In this document: positions 23,426 to 37,700 of the stretch, piece after piece | Position numbering within the stretch: position 1 is the first letter of the stretch | Layout of the letters: each line of letters begins with the position of its first letter | DNA from: Macrostomum lignano | Lineage: Eukaryota | DNA: 64,000 bases | Direction of reading: 5' to 3' | Assembly: GCA_002269645.1 (NCBI GenBank) | Contig: NIVC01000854.1 | Span: 365,183 to 429,182, forward strand | Translations under genes and position numbers: made by a program | The notes under the pieces: generated by a model | What the model was told of the DNA's origin: nothing | Database searches by the model: none | Seen by the model: the letters and a program-made list of their open reading frames with translations, nothing else

Positions 23426-26400
23426 GGCACGTTTATGACGAGAATTGTAAAAAATGACATGGCACATTTAACAAAAAATGACCGCTGTGTATCCCAATGG
23501 AAACGCGCAAAGTTTTGGCCATGACACAGACTTTGCAAAAATGACAAATTCATGACACTTCCAAATTGCTCAATTTTTGTAAAACTTCCAGCCTCTCTGA
23601 CAATATACGTACAGTATTCCGTAGTGTACGATCCTTTAAGCCTGTATTGGCGCACAACCGCACGACATTTGTGCAGTGCTGATAAATACTGTTAGACTAA
23701 AATTAACGACTGTAAATACTTAGCAATTTATACAATAAACTTTACCATGTAATAAAACAACAGGGATCTTATATTCACATTAAATTAGTCTATAATAGAA
23801 GTAGTATAGCTACTAATAAAGAAATTGTAAAAATCAGTTAAGTAGAATGTGTGGAAGAGAAAGTAGAAAGTGAGTTGCAGCATTTTAAGTTTGAATTTTG
23901 TTGAACATGCAAATAGTTGTATGTTGCAAACATAGATGGTTTATTCATATACGAGATTGCAAGCATAGCACATTTAATATGACAATTATATACTAAATCG
24001 TTTTAAATTATAAAATTATAAAACTTATTAAAAGTACATAATTAAGGCTATAATACGTAATACACTGTCTTCTGTCATTTTTGGCACAATGTGCAATCGT
24101 CATATTTTACAGCTTGTGCAGCAGTCATTTTTACACAGCGAGCACTGCCAGAAAAGTAGTTAAACGCTACTGCAAGTAAAACCAACGGACATCAGAACCT
24201 ACATTTGAAATAGCCGATAAAAAGGAGGAACTATAATATAGTGTAAATAGAAGACTGTCTTCTGTCATTTTTGGCACAATGTGCAATCGTCATATTTTAC
24301 AGCTTGTGCAACTGTCATGTTTACACAAAAAGGACTGCCAGAAAAGTAGTTAAATGCTACTGCAAGTAAAACCAACGGACATCAGAACCTACATTTGAAA
24401 TAGCCGATAAAAAGGAACAACTATAATATAGTGTAAATAGAAGACTGTCTTCTGTCATTTTTGGCACAATGTGCAATCGTCATATTTTACAGCTTGTGCA
24501 GCAGTCATTTTTACACAGCGAGCACTGCCAGAAAAGTAGTTAAACGCTACTGCAAGTAAAACCAACGGACATCAGAACCTACATTTAAAATAGCCGATAA
24601 AAAGGAGGAACTATAATATAGTGTAAATAGAAGACTGTCTTCTGTCATCTTTGGCACAATGTGCATTTGTCATATTTTACTGCTCGTTCAACTGTAATTT
24701 TTACAAAAAGGACTGCCAGAATAGTACATAAATGCTACTGCAAGTAAAACCTTCCTTCAACATGCACTCCTTCTGTTCCTTCAACATGCAGGTCCTGGCT
24801 GTTAGATTTATCTGCCAGATGGCCAGATGACTGAGCTGGATTAATTAATTCACCTTGCAGAAATAATTCTTCCATTTCATGCATTGTTATAGAAGTATCA
24901 GTGAGTAGTTGTAAGAGACTATAACTAGAGACTCCATTTTCTAGAGGCTCTGAAGGCAGCTCCATTTTCTGCAGGAACTCAGATAAGTCAGACCTGCTAG
25001 TGGCTCTGCAGAAGTTTTTTAGCCTTTGGCCATTGCACCTGGAAATTGCAAGTGTTTTTCAATGCAAAGCTCAAATTTATTAGTGACAAAACCCAAAATA
25101 TAGCAGTAATTTTCAATATTGTTTGATATAGTTATTCTACATTATTGTGCAATGCCATTTGTACTAAGATATTTACTATTTACTTATATAAAAGGCCCTT
25201 TTTATTTATATACCTATAAATATAGTTATATTATATCTAGGACTTGGCTTTGCTTAAAAAAATTGTATAGAGTATTGTTTTTTTATATTGTTATGTTTTT
25301 ATAGATAAGTATAACTTTCATTTGTTAGCCTATATTTAAATATAGCTGTTATATTCCAGGGTTCAATTAAAGAGTGGGGCTGGCCATCTCCCTTAAAATG
25401 GCTTAATAAAACATTTTATACCCTATATAAACCTAAGTTTATTATACCTTTTAGACTTATTTTGCCCCTTATACAAATTTTTATGCCCTTAAGCTTGATT
25501 TGTTACCTTTAAATCTATACCCTAGCTTAAAAAATTGGTATCTCTTGTTTGTACCCCAGACTTGGACTACCTCCCAAAATGAAATTCTAAATTCTAGATT
25601 AAATCTTTAGGCTTTTTATACTTAGACTATCTTGGCCTCCTAGGTCCTATTAAAAGTCAAATTTTCTAATCAGATTATTATTGAAATAAGTTAATAATTA
25701 AATAATAAATAATAAGTTAATAAATAATTCTTTAAATATACCTAATCTAAGTTAATAATTAACTTTTTCTTTGCTAGCTACACAATTAAGTTGGATTTTT
25801 CTTAAGCTTCTTAATTTAATTTTTTTATATTTCACATGTCATAGCTATTGCTATTAATAAATAGTTATTAGATATTTACTACAAGCACTTTGAATATCAA
25901 CTTGCTTTATAAATAGGCTTATACATATTTATTAACTTCTTATTCACTAAAATAGAAATATCTAATATATAAATAAGCCTGCCACAAGAAGTTCATAGAA
26001 ATAAGTAATTGAATAATAGTATATGTTATGAGAATATAATGGTATAGTAATTTTATAACAAAAACCATTTATTATAAAATTATTCATTTTATTATTTAGT
26101 TATCATCATTAGACAATTCTATCTATTTAAAGGTTATAGGTAACACACTTATTACCATTGAACTAAGTTAAGATTTAATAAAATCAATATTTAAATATAT
26201 AAGTATAAGTATTAAATTGAACTAAACAAAATAAATCATTGCGTAAAAAATTGACTATTTAACAACTTCAATTCAATTTACTATTATATGACTACATATA
26301 CATAGTTCATGCACAAATGATTTTTAGAACATGAACCACAATGTGTGATAAAGTGATAGGAAGATTCAGGTTTTTCTTATTATGCCACTTGTCTATTGAT

Positions 26401-27078
26401 ATTGAGTGCTGCTTCATGGCATTATTCATATTTATGGACGAGTTAGAACAAGATTACATTAAAATATTTCGTATTAGGGCTATCTTTTTTAGTATATAAT
26501 AAGAATAAATGAAGTACAAATTAAAAGAATGTAGATGCGCATTTTCAATACAATAGGTTTACAGCAGGTGCACTTTTTATCTATCTATCGTGTGTTCTGG
26601 ACAACGACAAAGCTAACTATATTTAAAATAAATACATGCAATTTTTCGTTTAAAGAAATATATATTATTTTTTATCTACAAAATACTTTTTATTGAGTTA
26701 TCTGTATAACTACTATGCACCTATGCATCTACAATGTTTTTTAAACAAAAATACTGAAAAATTTGGTATACTATAGTAAACTGTTTTCAAGCCGGAAGGT
26801 GTGTCATATTTGTCATTTTTTACGTATGTGCAATCACCCGTATTTTTTGTTTGTTCCCGTCATATTTTCATGCCCTAATAACTCCTTTAATATCATACTA
26901 CTAGTTTTGAAACTTCAGTAATACTTAGCGGGTGAAAAGGCGCTTCATTTTTTCAGATTAATTTGTAAAAAGGACGTTTGTCATTTTTCATGACACATAA
27001 AAAATGACATCAGTACCAAAAAATGACTTCATGACACATTTTGTCGTCATTTTTGGAGAAATCTGTCATAAACGTGCC
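23426..27078. mobile_element. About 3.65-kb non-autonomous TIR element nested in the LTR
   Basis: Perfect 14-bp inverted termini ggcacgtttatgac / gtcataaacgtgcc; subterminal aaaaaatgac/gtcattttt motifs at both ends; 10-bp direct repeat aggggcacgt at 23423 and 27082. Confidence 0.65.
24065..24750. repeat. 190-bp tandem repeat, about 3.6 copies
   Basis: ctgtcttctgtcat starts at 24065, 24255, 24445 and 24635. Confidence 0.9.
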
Positions 27079-28794
27079 TATAGGGGCACGTATTTATAGG
27101 CAGGGGAATCCCCACTGCGCCAGTGTGCGCAGGACCTCATGACTCTGTTCTATTTTTAGAACTGACGTCACCCTCCGCCTTAGAGAAGGCAGGGTCTGCG
27201 GGTAAAGTGCACAGGGCCGCATGACTCAGTATTTTTAGAAACATGAGTCACCTATTACCTTAGAGAAGGCAAGGGCCCCGAAGCACGTGATTCCTCCTGT
27301 AAACACGGGCCAATGAGTGCAGTGAACATGTTTACTGCACTTAAGGACTTCGAGAAAACAAGACTTGGCAGGTGACTTGCTCACATGACAAGGGAAACAG
27401 GCCGCTAGCGTGACCTCAGGACAGGAACGAAACGCAGAGCAGGCCACAGCAGAGAAGCTCGTGGCTGCAAGCAAGAGCGCAGAGAAGAGGAGGGCGCCAG
27501 AGAACAGGCAGCAAAAGGAGGGAGGCTGCCCAGCGGCAGACAGCAACCCAGGGCGAGGGCGAGGGCGAGGGCGAGGGAAGCTGCTGACAATAGTGCGACG
27601 TCTGACACCAAACTAGCGGATCACTACATAAACAGGAAGTAAAACGATTAAAGATCTGTAATTTTTTGGAGGCTAATTACCTGGAAAACATCGACAGCAG
27701 AGATAGGAAAAATCAGTTTTCATCACAAAATCCATGATTGTATTGATCAAAGACAGTTTAATTAGATTACTATTCCTTTAATTTAGCATGCACAGCATGT
27801 TACTCCGTTGTAGTTTATGTAGTTGTGTAGTGAAAGCTCACTTTTCAGGTTGTATTTTTTTATTTCATAAACCGAAGATGAAGTTGTAACTACTCACAAC
27901 AATCACAAGTTAAATTTTTGTTTTGTTTCTTCTTGAAGCAAAGTAAATTGGTAAAAAAGCTGGATGCAGGATGCAGGTATGCAATTCTCAATGCTCCAGA
28001 TTAAATGCAACAATCAATTTTGTGAGGAAAAATACATGATTTTTAGGCAGTGCAATTTTTTTCCAAGAAATTAGCCTCCAAAAGTTACACTATATTTGAG
28101 TTTTAGCGGTTATATATAGCTAATACAGTGGGCCCTTGGAGAAGACGCTTATTTCAATCAGCCAAGACTAGTTTTATGACCTTATAAATCAATAGAATTA
28201 TTAAGAAGTATTGCTAGCTAAATTGAAATATAAGCACCTGAGCACAATATCTGAGGCGATCGCTCTCGAAACTAAACTATACGAGTAATACGTAAATCCG
28301 TAAATTTTAACTTATAACTAAAATACTTATTTTGCTCGTTTTTCCCCCGAATAGTTATTACTGACTTATTAAAAATTGTGTTTAAAAGTAGGTGCCAATA
28401 ATAGAAAACAGAAATATATTTGGTTGTTTATTCTGTAATTATTTAAACTTTTTTAAAACAAACCAATGAGTTTTTGTGTTTGTGTGAAACTATCAGACAA
28501 GCTCTAAAAAGAAGTCCATCGGGAACGTACGGATTTCGTATTCTGACACAAAACAGCGCGTCAGCCATTTAAGAAGGTGATTATTATTTAGTTAATATGT
28601 TCCATTCTATGTTTTAATAATTTACGGGAAATGATATAAAGCCATAAAAATACAAATCGAACTTTGTTTCGCATTATTGTGATTGTGGTCTGTACTAGTG
28701 AAACTGTTTTGTGTACAATTAAAATTCATTGAAACTGGTTCCATACCATGCCATCATCAATAAAACGCAGGTACAAACGCCCATTAAATTAGCC

Positions 28795-31700
28795 ATGGCT
28801 GAGCAGCTGCTGGGAAGCAGCATCGTAACCGAAGACAAAATCACTGCTCTAAAATCCGTGCTACTGGCAAAAAGTCAGCTGTTCGAAGATCAGGACTTTC
28901 CCGCCGTGTCATCCAACATCTACTACACGCGCAAAGTGAATTATGCATGGAAACGGCCTCATGTAAGCTTTACTAAATGTCTGTTTTTATGATTGATAAA
29001 TGACGTAATTTATAAGAAGGTTTTTGTTAACAACGTAAAAAGTTGATACGTCAAATAGAAATTCTGGAAAATTTGAAGGCGAATCTGTAAGTCAACACTG
29101 AAAGTGATGAATGTACTTTTATAGGCAGTTGACATGCGGTCTGTTAGCTAATAACCAATCAGAGAAATGGGGTGGTGGTGCTTGTGGCACATGGTTAAAG
29201 TGTACTCAGGGCAATCAGTGTACATGCACAGCTTTTTTAGAGCAGGTGCGAGCGAAACCGTAGATTTTATGTACAGGGAATGCACAAGGCTACTGAGACT
29301 GGTTAGAAGTTAAGAGTTGTAAATCACGTGTCTGTAGTTGGGCTGAAGTATAGTTAGCCTAAAATGAGACAGAATATACCCGGCAAAAATGACAGAAATA
29401 TAGTTCTGTCAACAACATTGAATCAGAAGCCACCCCTTTGCTAAATTGCAGTTTAACTTTAATGGGCTGGAAAACTTTCTGTGTTGCTGAATATACAAGT
29501 ATTCAAGCTTTCCTCTCCTGAACTTGTAAACTCGCTAAGATATTATCACCGATAGGCGCACTTGTGCTCTCACTCTTGATCTTGCTCATCACCTTACCCA
29601 TGATCTCACTCATTATCTCAATCGCAATCTGACTCATGATCTAACTCATGATCTGACTCGTGATCTCAATCGCGATCTCACTCATGATCTTACTCATGAT
29701 CTGACTATTGATCTCATTCATGATCTCACTAATGAACTTACTCACTTGTAAACCCAGTCACTCAGTCACTCACTCGTATACTCAAGTACGCATGAGCTCA
29801 CTCAATTCAGACCAAATTTTCAGGAAATCTGTAAAAATCCAAAATTCTTTGTCGGAGGCGCCAGTCGGTTTGACGTTGTCCAAGGAAAACTAGGTGAGTG
29901 GCTGCCCCTCCAAACTCTGACGTGTAGATTAAGCTCAGCTCAAAAAAACATTGATGAATTCCAACATGCAATTGAAAGCAGTCATAATATGCAAACCTAT
30001 ATGTTTAAAACAATTAACAACAAAATTGCCACAGTTGCATCCAGTGGAACATTGTTTGGCCCAACTGGCTTTCAAATTTCAACAACTAGAGTGAATGTAC
30101 ATTGACAACGCCGTGCAGTGTGGTCCTACATGTAGCTGACTTACACAAGCTCACAATAAATTCTTGATTGTTAATAATAGTATTAATAATCAATTTTATC
30201 TGCCACTGTTCACAATGAGGATCTCCTAAATTGCAGAAACGAGTATGCCTTGCGTACAGGGAAGCCCTTTCTTCTCTACGAGTATACCTATTCCCATGAC
30301 TGAAATTTTCAAAGTTTTGTTTTATTGTGAAACAGGCAATATTTATGAAAATCTAATACTGCTTAGAATTTAGACGATCTAATTCCGAAACATATTATCC
30401 CAGATAATTCCCAATCTAGTAAATTCCCAATCCAGAAACTTCCCAATCCAGAAACTTCCCAATCCAGAAACTTCCCAATCCAGAAAATTCTCAATCCAGA
30501 TACTTCCCAATCCAGATACTTCCCAATCCAGATACTTCCCAATCCAGATACTTCCCAATCCAGAAACTTCCCAATCCAGATACTTCCGAATCCAGAAAAT
30601 TCTCAATCCAGATACTTCCCAATCCAGATACTTCCAAATCCTGAAAATTATCAATCCAGATACTTCCCAATCCAGATACTTCCCAATTCAGAAAATTCTC
30701 AATCCAGATACTTCCCAATCCAGATACTTCCCAATCCAGTAACTTCCCAATCCAGATACTTCCCAATCCAGAAAATTCTCAATCCAGATACTTCCCAATC
30801 CAGATACTTCCCAATCCAGATACTTCCCAATCCAGATACTTCCTAATCCAGATACTTCCCAATCCAGATACTTCCCAATCCAGATACTTCCCAATCCAGT
30901 AACTTCGCAATCCAGATACTTCCCAATCCAGATACTTCCCAATCCAGATACTTCCCAATCCAGAAAATTCCCAATCCAGAAAATTCCCAATCCAGATACT
31001 TCCCAATCCAGTAACTTCCCAATCCGGATACTTCCCAATCCAGAAAATTCTCAATCCAGATGCTTCCCAATCCAGAAAATTCCCAATCCAGATACTTCCC
31101 AATCCAGAAAATTCCCAATCCAGAAAATTCTCAATCCAGATACTTCCCAATCCAGATACTTCCCAATCCAGATACTTCCCAATCCAGATACTTCCCAATC
31201 CAGATACTTCCCAATCCAGAAAATTCCCAATCCAGAAAATTCCCAATCCAGATACTTCCCAATCCAGTAACTTCCCAATCCGGATACTTCCCAATCCAGA
31301 AAATTCTCAATCCAGATGCTTCCCAATCCAGAAAATTCCCAATCCAGATACTTCCCAATCCAGAAAATTCCCAATCCAGAAAATTCTCAATCCAGATACT
31401 TCCCAATCCAGATACTTCCCAATCCAGATACTTCCCAATCCAGATACTTCCCAATCCAGAAAATTCCCAATCCAGAAAATTCCCAATCCAGATACTTCCC
31501 AATCCAGTAACTTCCCAATCCGGATACTTCCCAATCCAGAAAATTCTCAATCCAGATGCTTCCCAATCCAGAAAATTCCCAATCCAGATACTTCCGAATC
31601 CAGAAAATTCCCAATCCAGAAAATTCCCAATCCAGAAACTTCCCAATCCAGATACTTACCAATCCAGATACTTCCCAATCCAGAAAATTCTCAATCCAGA

Positions 31701-34700
31701 TACTTCCCAATCCAGATACTTCCCAATCCAGAAAATTCCCAATCCAGATACTTCCTAATCCAGATACTTCCCAATCCAGTAACTTCGCAATCCAGATACT
31801 TCCCAATCCAGATACTTCCCTGTCCAGATACTTCCCAATCCAGAAAATTCCCAATCCAGAAAATTCCCAATCCAGATACTTCCCAATCCAGTAACTTCCC
31901 AATCCGGATACTTCCCAATCCAGAAAATTCTCAATCCAGATGCTTCCCAATCCAGAAAATTCCCAATCCAGATACTTCCCAATCCAGAAAATTCCCAATC
32001 CAGAAAATTCCCAATCCAGATACTCCCCAATCCAGAAAATTCCCAATCCAGAAAATTCCCAATCCAGAAAATTCCCAATCCAGATACTTCCCAATCCAGA
32101 AAATTCCCAATCCAGAAAATTCCCAATCCAGAAAATTCCCAATCCAGAAACTTCCCAATCCAGATACTCCCCAATCCAGAAAATTCCCAATCCAGAAACT
32201 TCCCAATCCAGATACTTCCCAATCCAGAAAATTCTCAATCCAGAAACTTCCCAATCCAGATACTCCCCAATCCAGAAAATTCCCAATCCAGAAACTTCCC
32301 AATCCAGATACTTCCCAATCCAGAAAATTCCCAATCCAGATACTCCCCAATCCAGAAAATTCCCAATCCAGAAAATTCCCAATCCAGAAAATTCCCAATC
32401 CAGATACTTCCCAATCCAGAAAATTCCCAATCCAGAAAATTCCCAATCCAGATACTTCCCAATCCAGTAACTTCCCAATCCGGATACTTCCCAATCCAGA
32501 AAATTCTCAATCCAGATGCTTCCCAATCCAGAAAATTCCCAATCCAGATACTTCCCAATCCAGAAAATTCCCAATCCAGAAAATTCTCAATCCAGATACT
32601 TCCCAATCCAGATACTTCCCAATCCAGATACTTCCCAATCCAGATACTTCCCAATCCAGATACTTCCCAATCCAGAAAATTCCCAATCCAGAAAATTCCC
32701 AATCCAGATACTTCCCAATCCAGTAACTTCCCAATCCGGATACTTCCCAATCCAGAAAATTCTCAATCCAGATGCTTCCCAATCCAGAAAATTCCCAATC
32801 CAGATACTTCCCAATCCAGAAAATTCCCAATCCAGAAAATTCTCAATCCAGATACTTCCCAATCCAGATACTTCCCAATCCAGATACTTCCCAATCCAGA
32901 TACTTCCCAATCCAGAAAATTCCCAATCCAGAAAATTCCCAATCCAGATACTTCCCAATCCAGTAACTTCCCAATCCGGATACTTCCCAATCCAGAAAAT
33001 TCTCAATCCAGATGCTTCCCAATCCAGAAAATTCCCAATCCAGATACTTCCGAATCCAGAAAATTCCCAATCCAGAAAATTCCCAATCCAGAAACTTCCC
33101 AATCCAGATACTTACCAATCCAGATACTTCCCAATCCAGAAAATTCTCAATCCAGATACTTCCCAATCCAGATACTTCCCAATCCAGAAAATTCCCAATC
33201 CAGATACTTCCTAATCCAGATACTTCCCAATCCAGTAACTTCGCAATCCAGATACTTCCCAATCCAGATACTTCCCTGTCCAGATACTTCCCAATCCAGA
33301 AAATTCCCAATCCAGAAAATTCCCAATCCAGATACTTCCCAATCCAGTAACTTCCCAATCCGGATACTTCCCAATCCAGAAAATTCTCAATCCAGATGCT
33401 TCCCAATCCAGAAAATTCCCAATCCAGATACTTCCCAATCCAGAAAATTCCCAATCCAGAAAATTCCCAATCCAGATACTCCCCAATCCAGAAAATTCCC
33501 AATCCAGAAAATTCCCAATCCAGAAAATTCCCAATCCAGATACTTCCCAATCCAGAAAATTCCCAATCCAGAAAATTCCCAATCCAGAAAATTCCCAATC
33601 CAGAAACTTCCCAATCCAGATACTCCCCAATCCAGAAAATTCCCAATCCAGAAACTTCCCAATCCAGATACTTCCCAATCCAGAAAATTCTCAATCCAGA
33701 AACTTCCCAATCCAGATACTCCCCAATCCAGAAAATTCCCAATCCAGAAACTTCCCAATCCAGATACTTCCGAATCCAGATACTTCCCAATCCAGAAAAT
33801 TCTTAATCCAGAAAATTCTTAATCCAGAAACTTCCCAATCCAGATGCTCCCCAATCCAGAAAATTCCCAATCCAGATACTTCCCAATCCAGAAAATTCTA
33901 AATCCAGAAAATTCTTAATCCAGAAAATTCTTAATCCAGAAACTTACCGATCCAGATACCTTGAAATTTAAGAATTTTTCTAATCTCAAGCTTTCTCATC
34001 TCTGTATTTCTTCAATTAAAAATTTCGAATCTCAAAACTAAAAACGGAACCTGCACTAAAACAGACTTGTACATGTATAGCCATCTAAAATGACATATGA
34101 CAAGCGGCAATTTATGATTTATGACAATAATCAATGATATGATAAAAAGGTAACTATTACACACCCATACCTTAATTACAAACAAACCTAATAGTTGTTG
34201 TTTTTAAAATTCAATCAGCTCTTAATGCCACATTGCCCATCACAGGCAACTGCTGGTTCCTATCAGCTCTGGCCTCTCTATCGCTGCATCCGCAACTGCT
34301 GCATCAGGTGGTGCCGCCGGATCAGGACTTCGACAGTAGCGACTATTGCGGCCTGTTCCACTTTCGCCTCTGGCAGTACGGAGACTGGGTTAACGTCATC
34401 GTGGACGATAGGTAAGATGTGTATGCATACGAGTAATGGTGCTCCTGATGAGACGAAATCAAGATCCAAAACACGAGATAATGGGTTATCCATTGAACGA
34501 AAGTGCCACTCAGTCAGTAGAGAAGTTTCTTGTCCATTGTCTCTAACTTAAAATAATATAACGAAGATGGGGGTAATAAGTTATCCTGATTTTTCACAGG
34601 GATCGTTTCTATATTGTTGAACTTTCAAAACGAAGATATTGGCTAAATTCACTCACCAACATTTAGATAATAATGCGTAATTAGAGATAAAATCATTCAG

Positions 34701-37700
34701 GGATGTAGGAGCGTATCTGCAATTGGATATAAAATACTGTGGTTTTAAAGATTTCAAAATTTCTGTGTTGATAGGTCAGGTCGAGTTCTAGGTCAAGAAG
34801 CGCACCCGGAAGCTCCCAGGACGATCAAAGCTTAAGAAAAGCAAGAGCGTTACATATTTTCGTGGACTGCATCATAAATCCGGTAGTTTTTTTACCACTT
34901 CTTCTAACACGCTTTGCAATGGCCCCTGTAAATGTGAACCTTGAACAACGGTGCGCACTCTCAGTGTGCCAAGGGCTACACAGTCGGCCATGTCACATAT
35001 TAGTTACTGTCGGGAACTGTCAGACATCCAAATCAAATACGAACAGATTTGTTTTTGTTCCAAAATCAATTAGCTAAAAATGCTCTTTCACATCTTTTTG
35101 CCACTAAATTGATCAGCTGGCATTCTAGGTAAGCTGTGCATGCATGCAAGTAAAGGCAGTGGCGTCGCCATGAATTTTATGGTCGGGGGACAAAGCCAAG
35201 AATTCTACATGTACATGTACATTATTAAAGGAATCGGTGTTTTCAGCCCTCATTTTGGCGCACCAGGCACTCTCTTGGCGCACCAGACACTCTCTTGGCG
35301 CACCAGGTACTCATCTTGGCGCACCAGGCACTCATTTTGGCGCACCAGGCACTCATCTTGGCGCACCAGGCACTCATTTTGGCGCACCAGGCACTCTCTT
35401 GGCGCACCAGGCACTCATTTTGGCGCACCAGGCACTCATTTTGGCGCACCAGGCACTCATCTTGGCGCACCAGACACTCTCTTGGCGCACCAGACACTCT
35501 CTTGGCGCACCAGGCACTCATCTTGGCGCACCAGGCACTCTCTTGGCGCACCAGGCACTCATTTTGGCGCACCAGGCACTCATTTTGGCGCACCAGGCAC
35601 TCATTTTGGCGCACCAGGCACTCATTTTGGCGCACCAGGCACTCATTTTGGCGCACCAGGCACTCATTTTGGCGCACCAGGCACTCATTTTGGCGCACCA
35701 GGCACTCATTTTGGCGCACCAGGCACTCATCTTGGCGCACCAGGCACTCATCTTGGCGCACCAGGCACTCATTTTGGCGCACCAGGCACTCATTTTGGCG
35801 CACCAGGCACTCATTTTGGCGCACCAGGCACTCATTTTGGCGCACCAGGCACTCTCTTGGCGCACCAGGCACTCTCTTGGCGCACCAGGCACTCTCTTGG
35901 CGCACCAGGCACTCTCTTGGCGCACCAGGCACTCTCTTGGCGCACCAGGCACTCATTTTGGCGCACCAGACACTCTCTTGGCGCACCAGGCACTCTCTTG
36001 GCGCACCAGACACTCTCTTGGCGCACCAGGCACTCATTTTGGCGCACCAGACACTCTCTTGGCGCACCAGGCACTCTCTTGGCGCACCAGACACTCTCTT
36101 GGCGCACCAGACACTCTCTTGGCGCACCAGGCACTCTCTTGGCGCACCAGGCACTCATCTTGGCGCACCAGGCACTCTCTTGGCGCACCAGACACTCTCT
36201 TGGCGCACCAGGCACTCATTTTGGCGCACCAGACACTCTCTTGGCGTACCAGGCACTCATCTTGGCGCACCAGACACTCTCTTGGCGCACCAGACACTCT
36301 CTTGGTGCACCAGGCACTCATCTTGGCGCACCAGACACTCTCTTGGCGCACCAGACACTCTCTTGGCGCACCAGGCACTCATTTTGGCGCACCAGACACT
36401 CTCTTGGCGTACCAGGCACTCATCTTGGCGCACCAGGCACTCATTTTGGCGCACCAGGCACTCTCTTGGCGCACCAGGCACTCATTTTGGCGCACCAGGC
36501 ACTCATTTTGGCGCACCAGGCACTCATCTTGGCGCACCAGGCACTCTCTTGGCGCACTAGGCACTCATTTTGGCGCACCAGGCACTCATTTTGGCGCACC
36601 AGGCACTCATCTTGGCGCACCAGGCACTCTCTTGGCGCACCAGGCACTCATTTTGGCGCACCAGGCACTCATTTTGGCGCACCAGGCACTCATTTTGGCG
36701 CACCAGGCACTCATTTTGGCGCACCAGGCACTCATTTTGGCGCACCAGGCACTCATTTTGGCGCACCAGGCACTCATCTTGGCGCACCAGGCACTCATCT
36801 TGGCGCACCAGGCACTCATTTTGGCGCACCAGGCACTCATTTTGGCGCACCAGGCACTCATTTTGGCGCACCAGGCACTCATTTTGGCGCACCAGGCACT
36901 CTCTTGGCGCACCAGGCACTCTCTTGGCGCACCAGGCACTCTCTTGGCGCACCAGGCACTCTCTTGGCGCACCAGACACTCTCTTGGCGCACCAGGCACT
37001 CATTTTGGCGCACCAGACACTCTCTTGGCGCACCAGGCACTCTCTTGGCGCACCAGGCACTCTCTTGGCGCACCAGGCACTCTCTTGGCGCACCAGGCAC
37101 TCATTTTAGCGCACCAGACACTCTCTTGGCGCACCAGGCACTCATTTTGGCGCACCAGGCACTCATCTTGGCGCACCAGGCACTCTCACGGCGCACCAGA
37201 CACTCTCTTGGCGCACCAGGCACTCTCTTGGCGCACCAGACACTCTCTTGGCGCACCAGACACTCTCTTGGCGCACCAGGCACTCTCTTGGCGCACCAGG
37301 CACTCTCTTGGCGCACCAGACACTCTCTTGGCGCACCAGGCACTCATTTTGGCGCACCAGACACTCTCTTGGCGTACCAGGCACTCATCTTGGCGCACCA
37401 GACACTCTCTTGGCGCACCAGACACTCTCTTGGTGCACCAGGCACTCATCTTGGCGCACCAGACACTCTCTTGGCGCACCAGACACTCTCTTGGCGCACC
37501 AGACACTCTCTTGGCGCACCAGGCACTCATTTTGGCGCACCAGACACTCTCTTGGCGCACCAGGCACTCATTTTGGCGCACCAGACACTCTCTTGGCGCA
37601 CCAGGCACTCATCTTGGCGCACCAGACACTCTCTTGGCGCACCAGACACTCTCTTGGCGCACCAGGTACTCATCTTGGCGCACCAGGCACTCATTTTGGC

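Larger units (their letters stand above)
22983..27628 (-). mobile_element. 5' LTR (about 1 kb once the insert is removed) of an LTR retrotransposon, interrupted by a TIR element
   Basis: Minus strand reads tgtagtg (27628) ... tacaaca (22983), then the PBS; minus-strand TATAAATA at 27091-27098; GC-rich U3-like half. The right boundary is inferred and no gag/pol was seen. Confidence 0.6.

Noticed and set aside
28729-28794. Upstream extension of the calpain ORF (MKLVPYH...)
   Set aside because: It starts at a non-ATG codon; GCCATGG at 28795 is the better start. An upstream UTR exon cannot be excluded.
30379-33806. Trp-rich repetitive ORFs (GSIWIGKYLDWEVSGL) and their antisense partners
   Set aside because: Products of the 16-bp satellite within calpain intron 2.
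34440-34475. Minimal hammerhead-like core CTGATGA-gac-GAAA
   Set aside because: Stem II has only a 1-nt loop and no stem I pairing could be found; likely chance.
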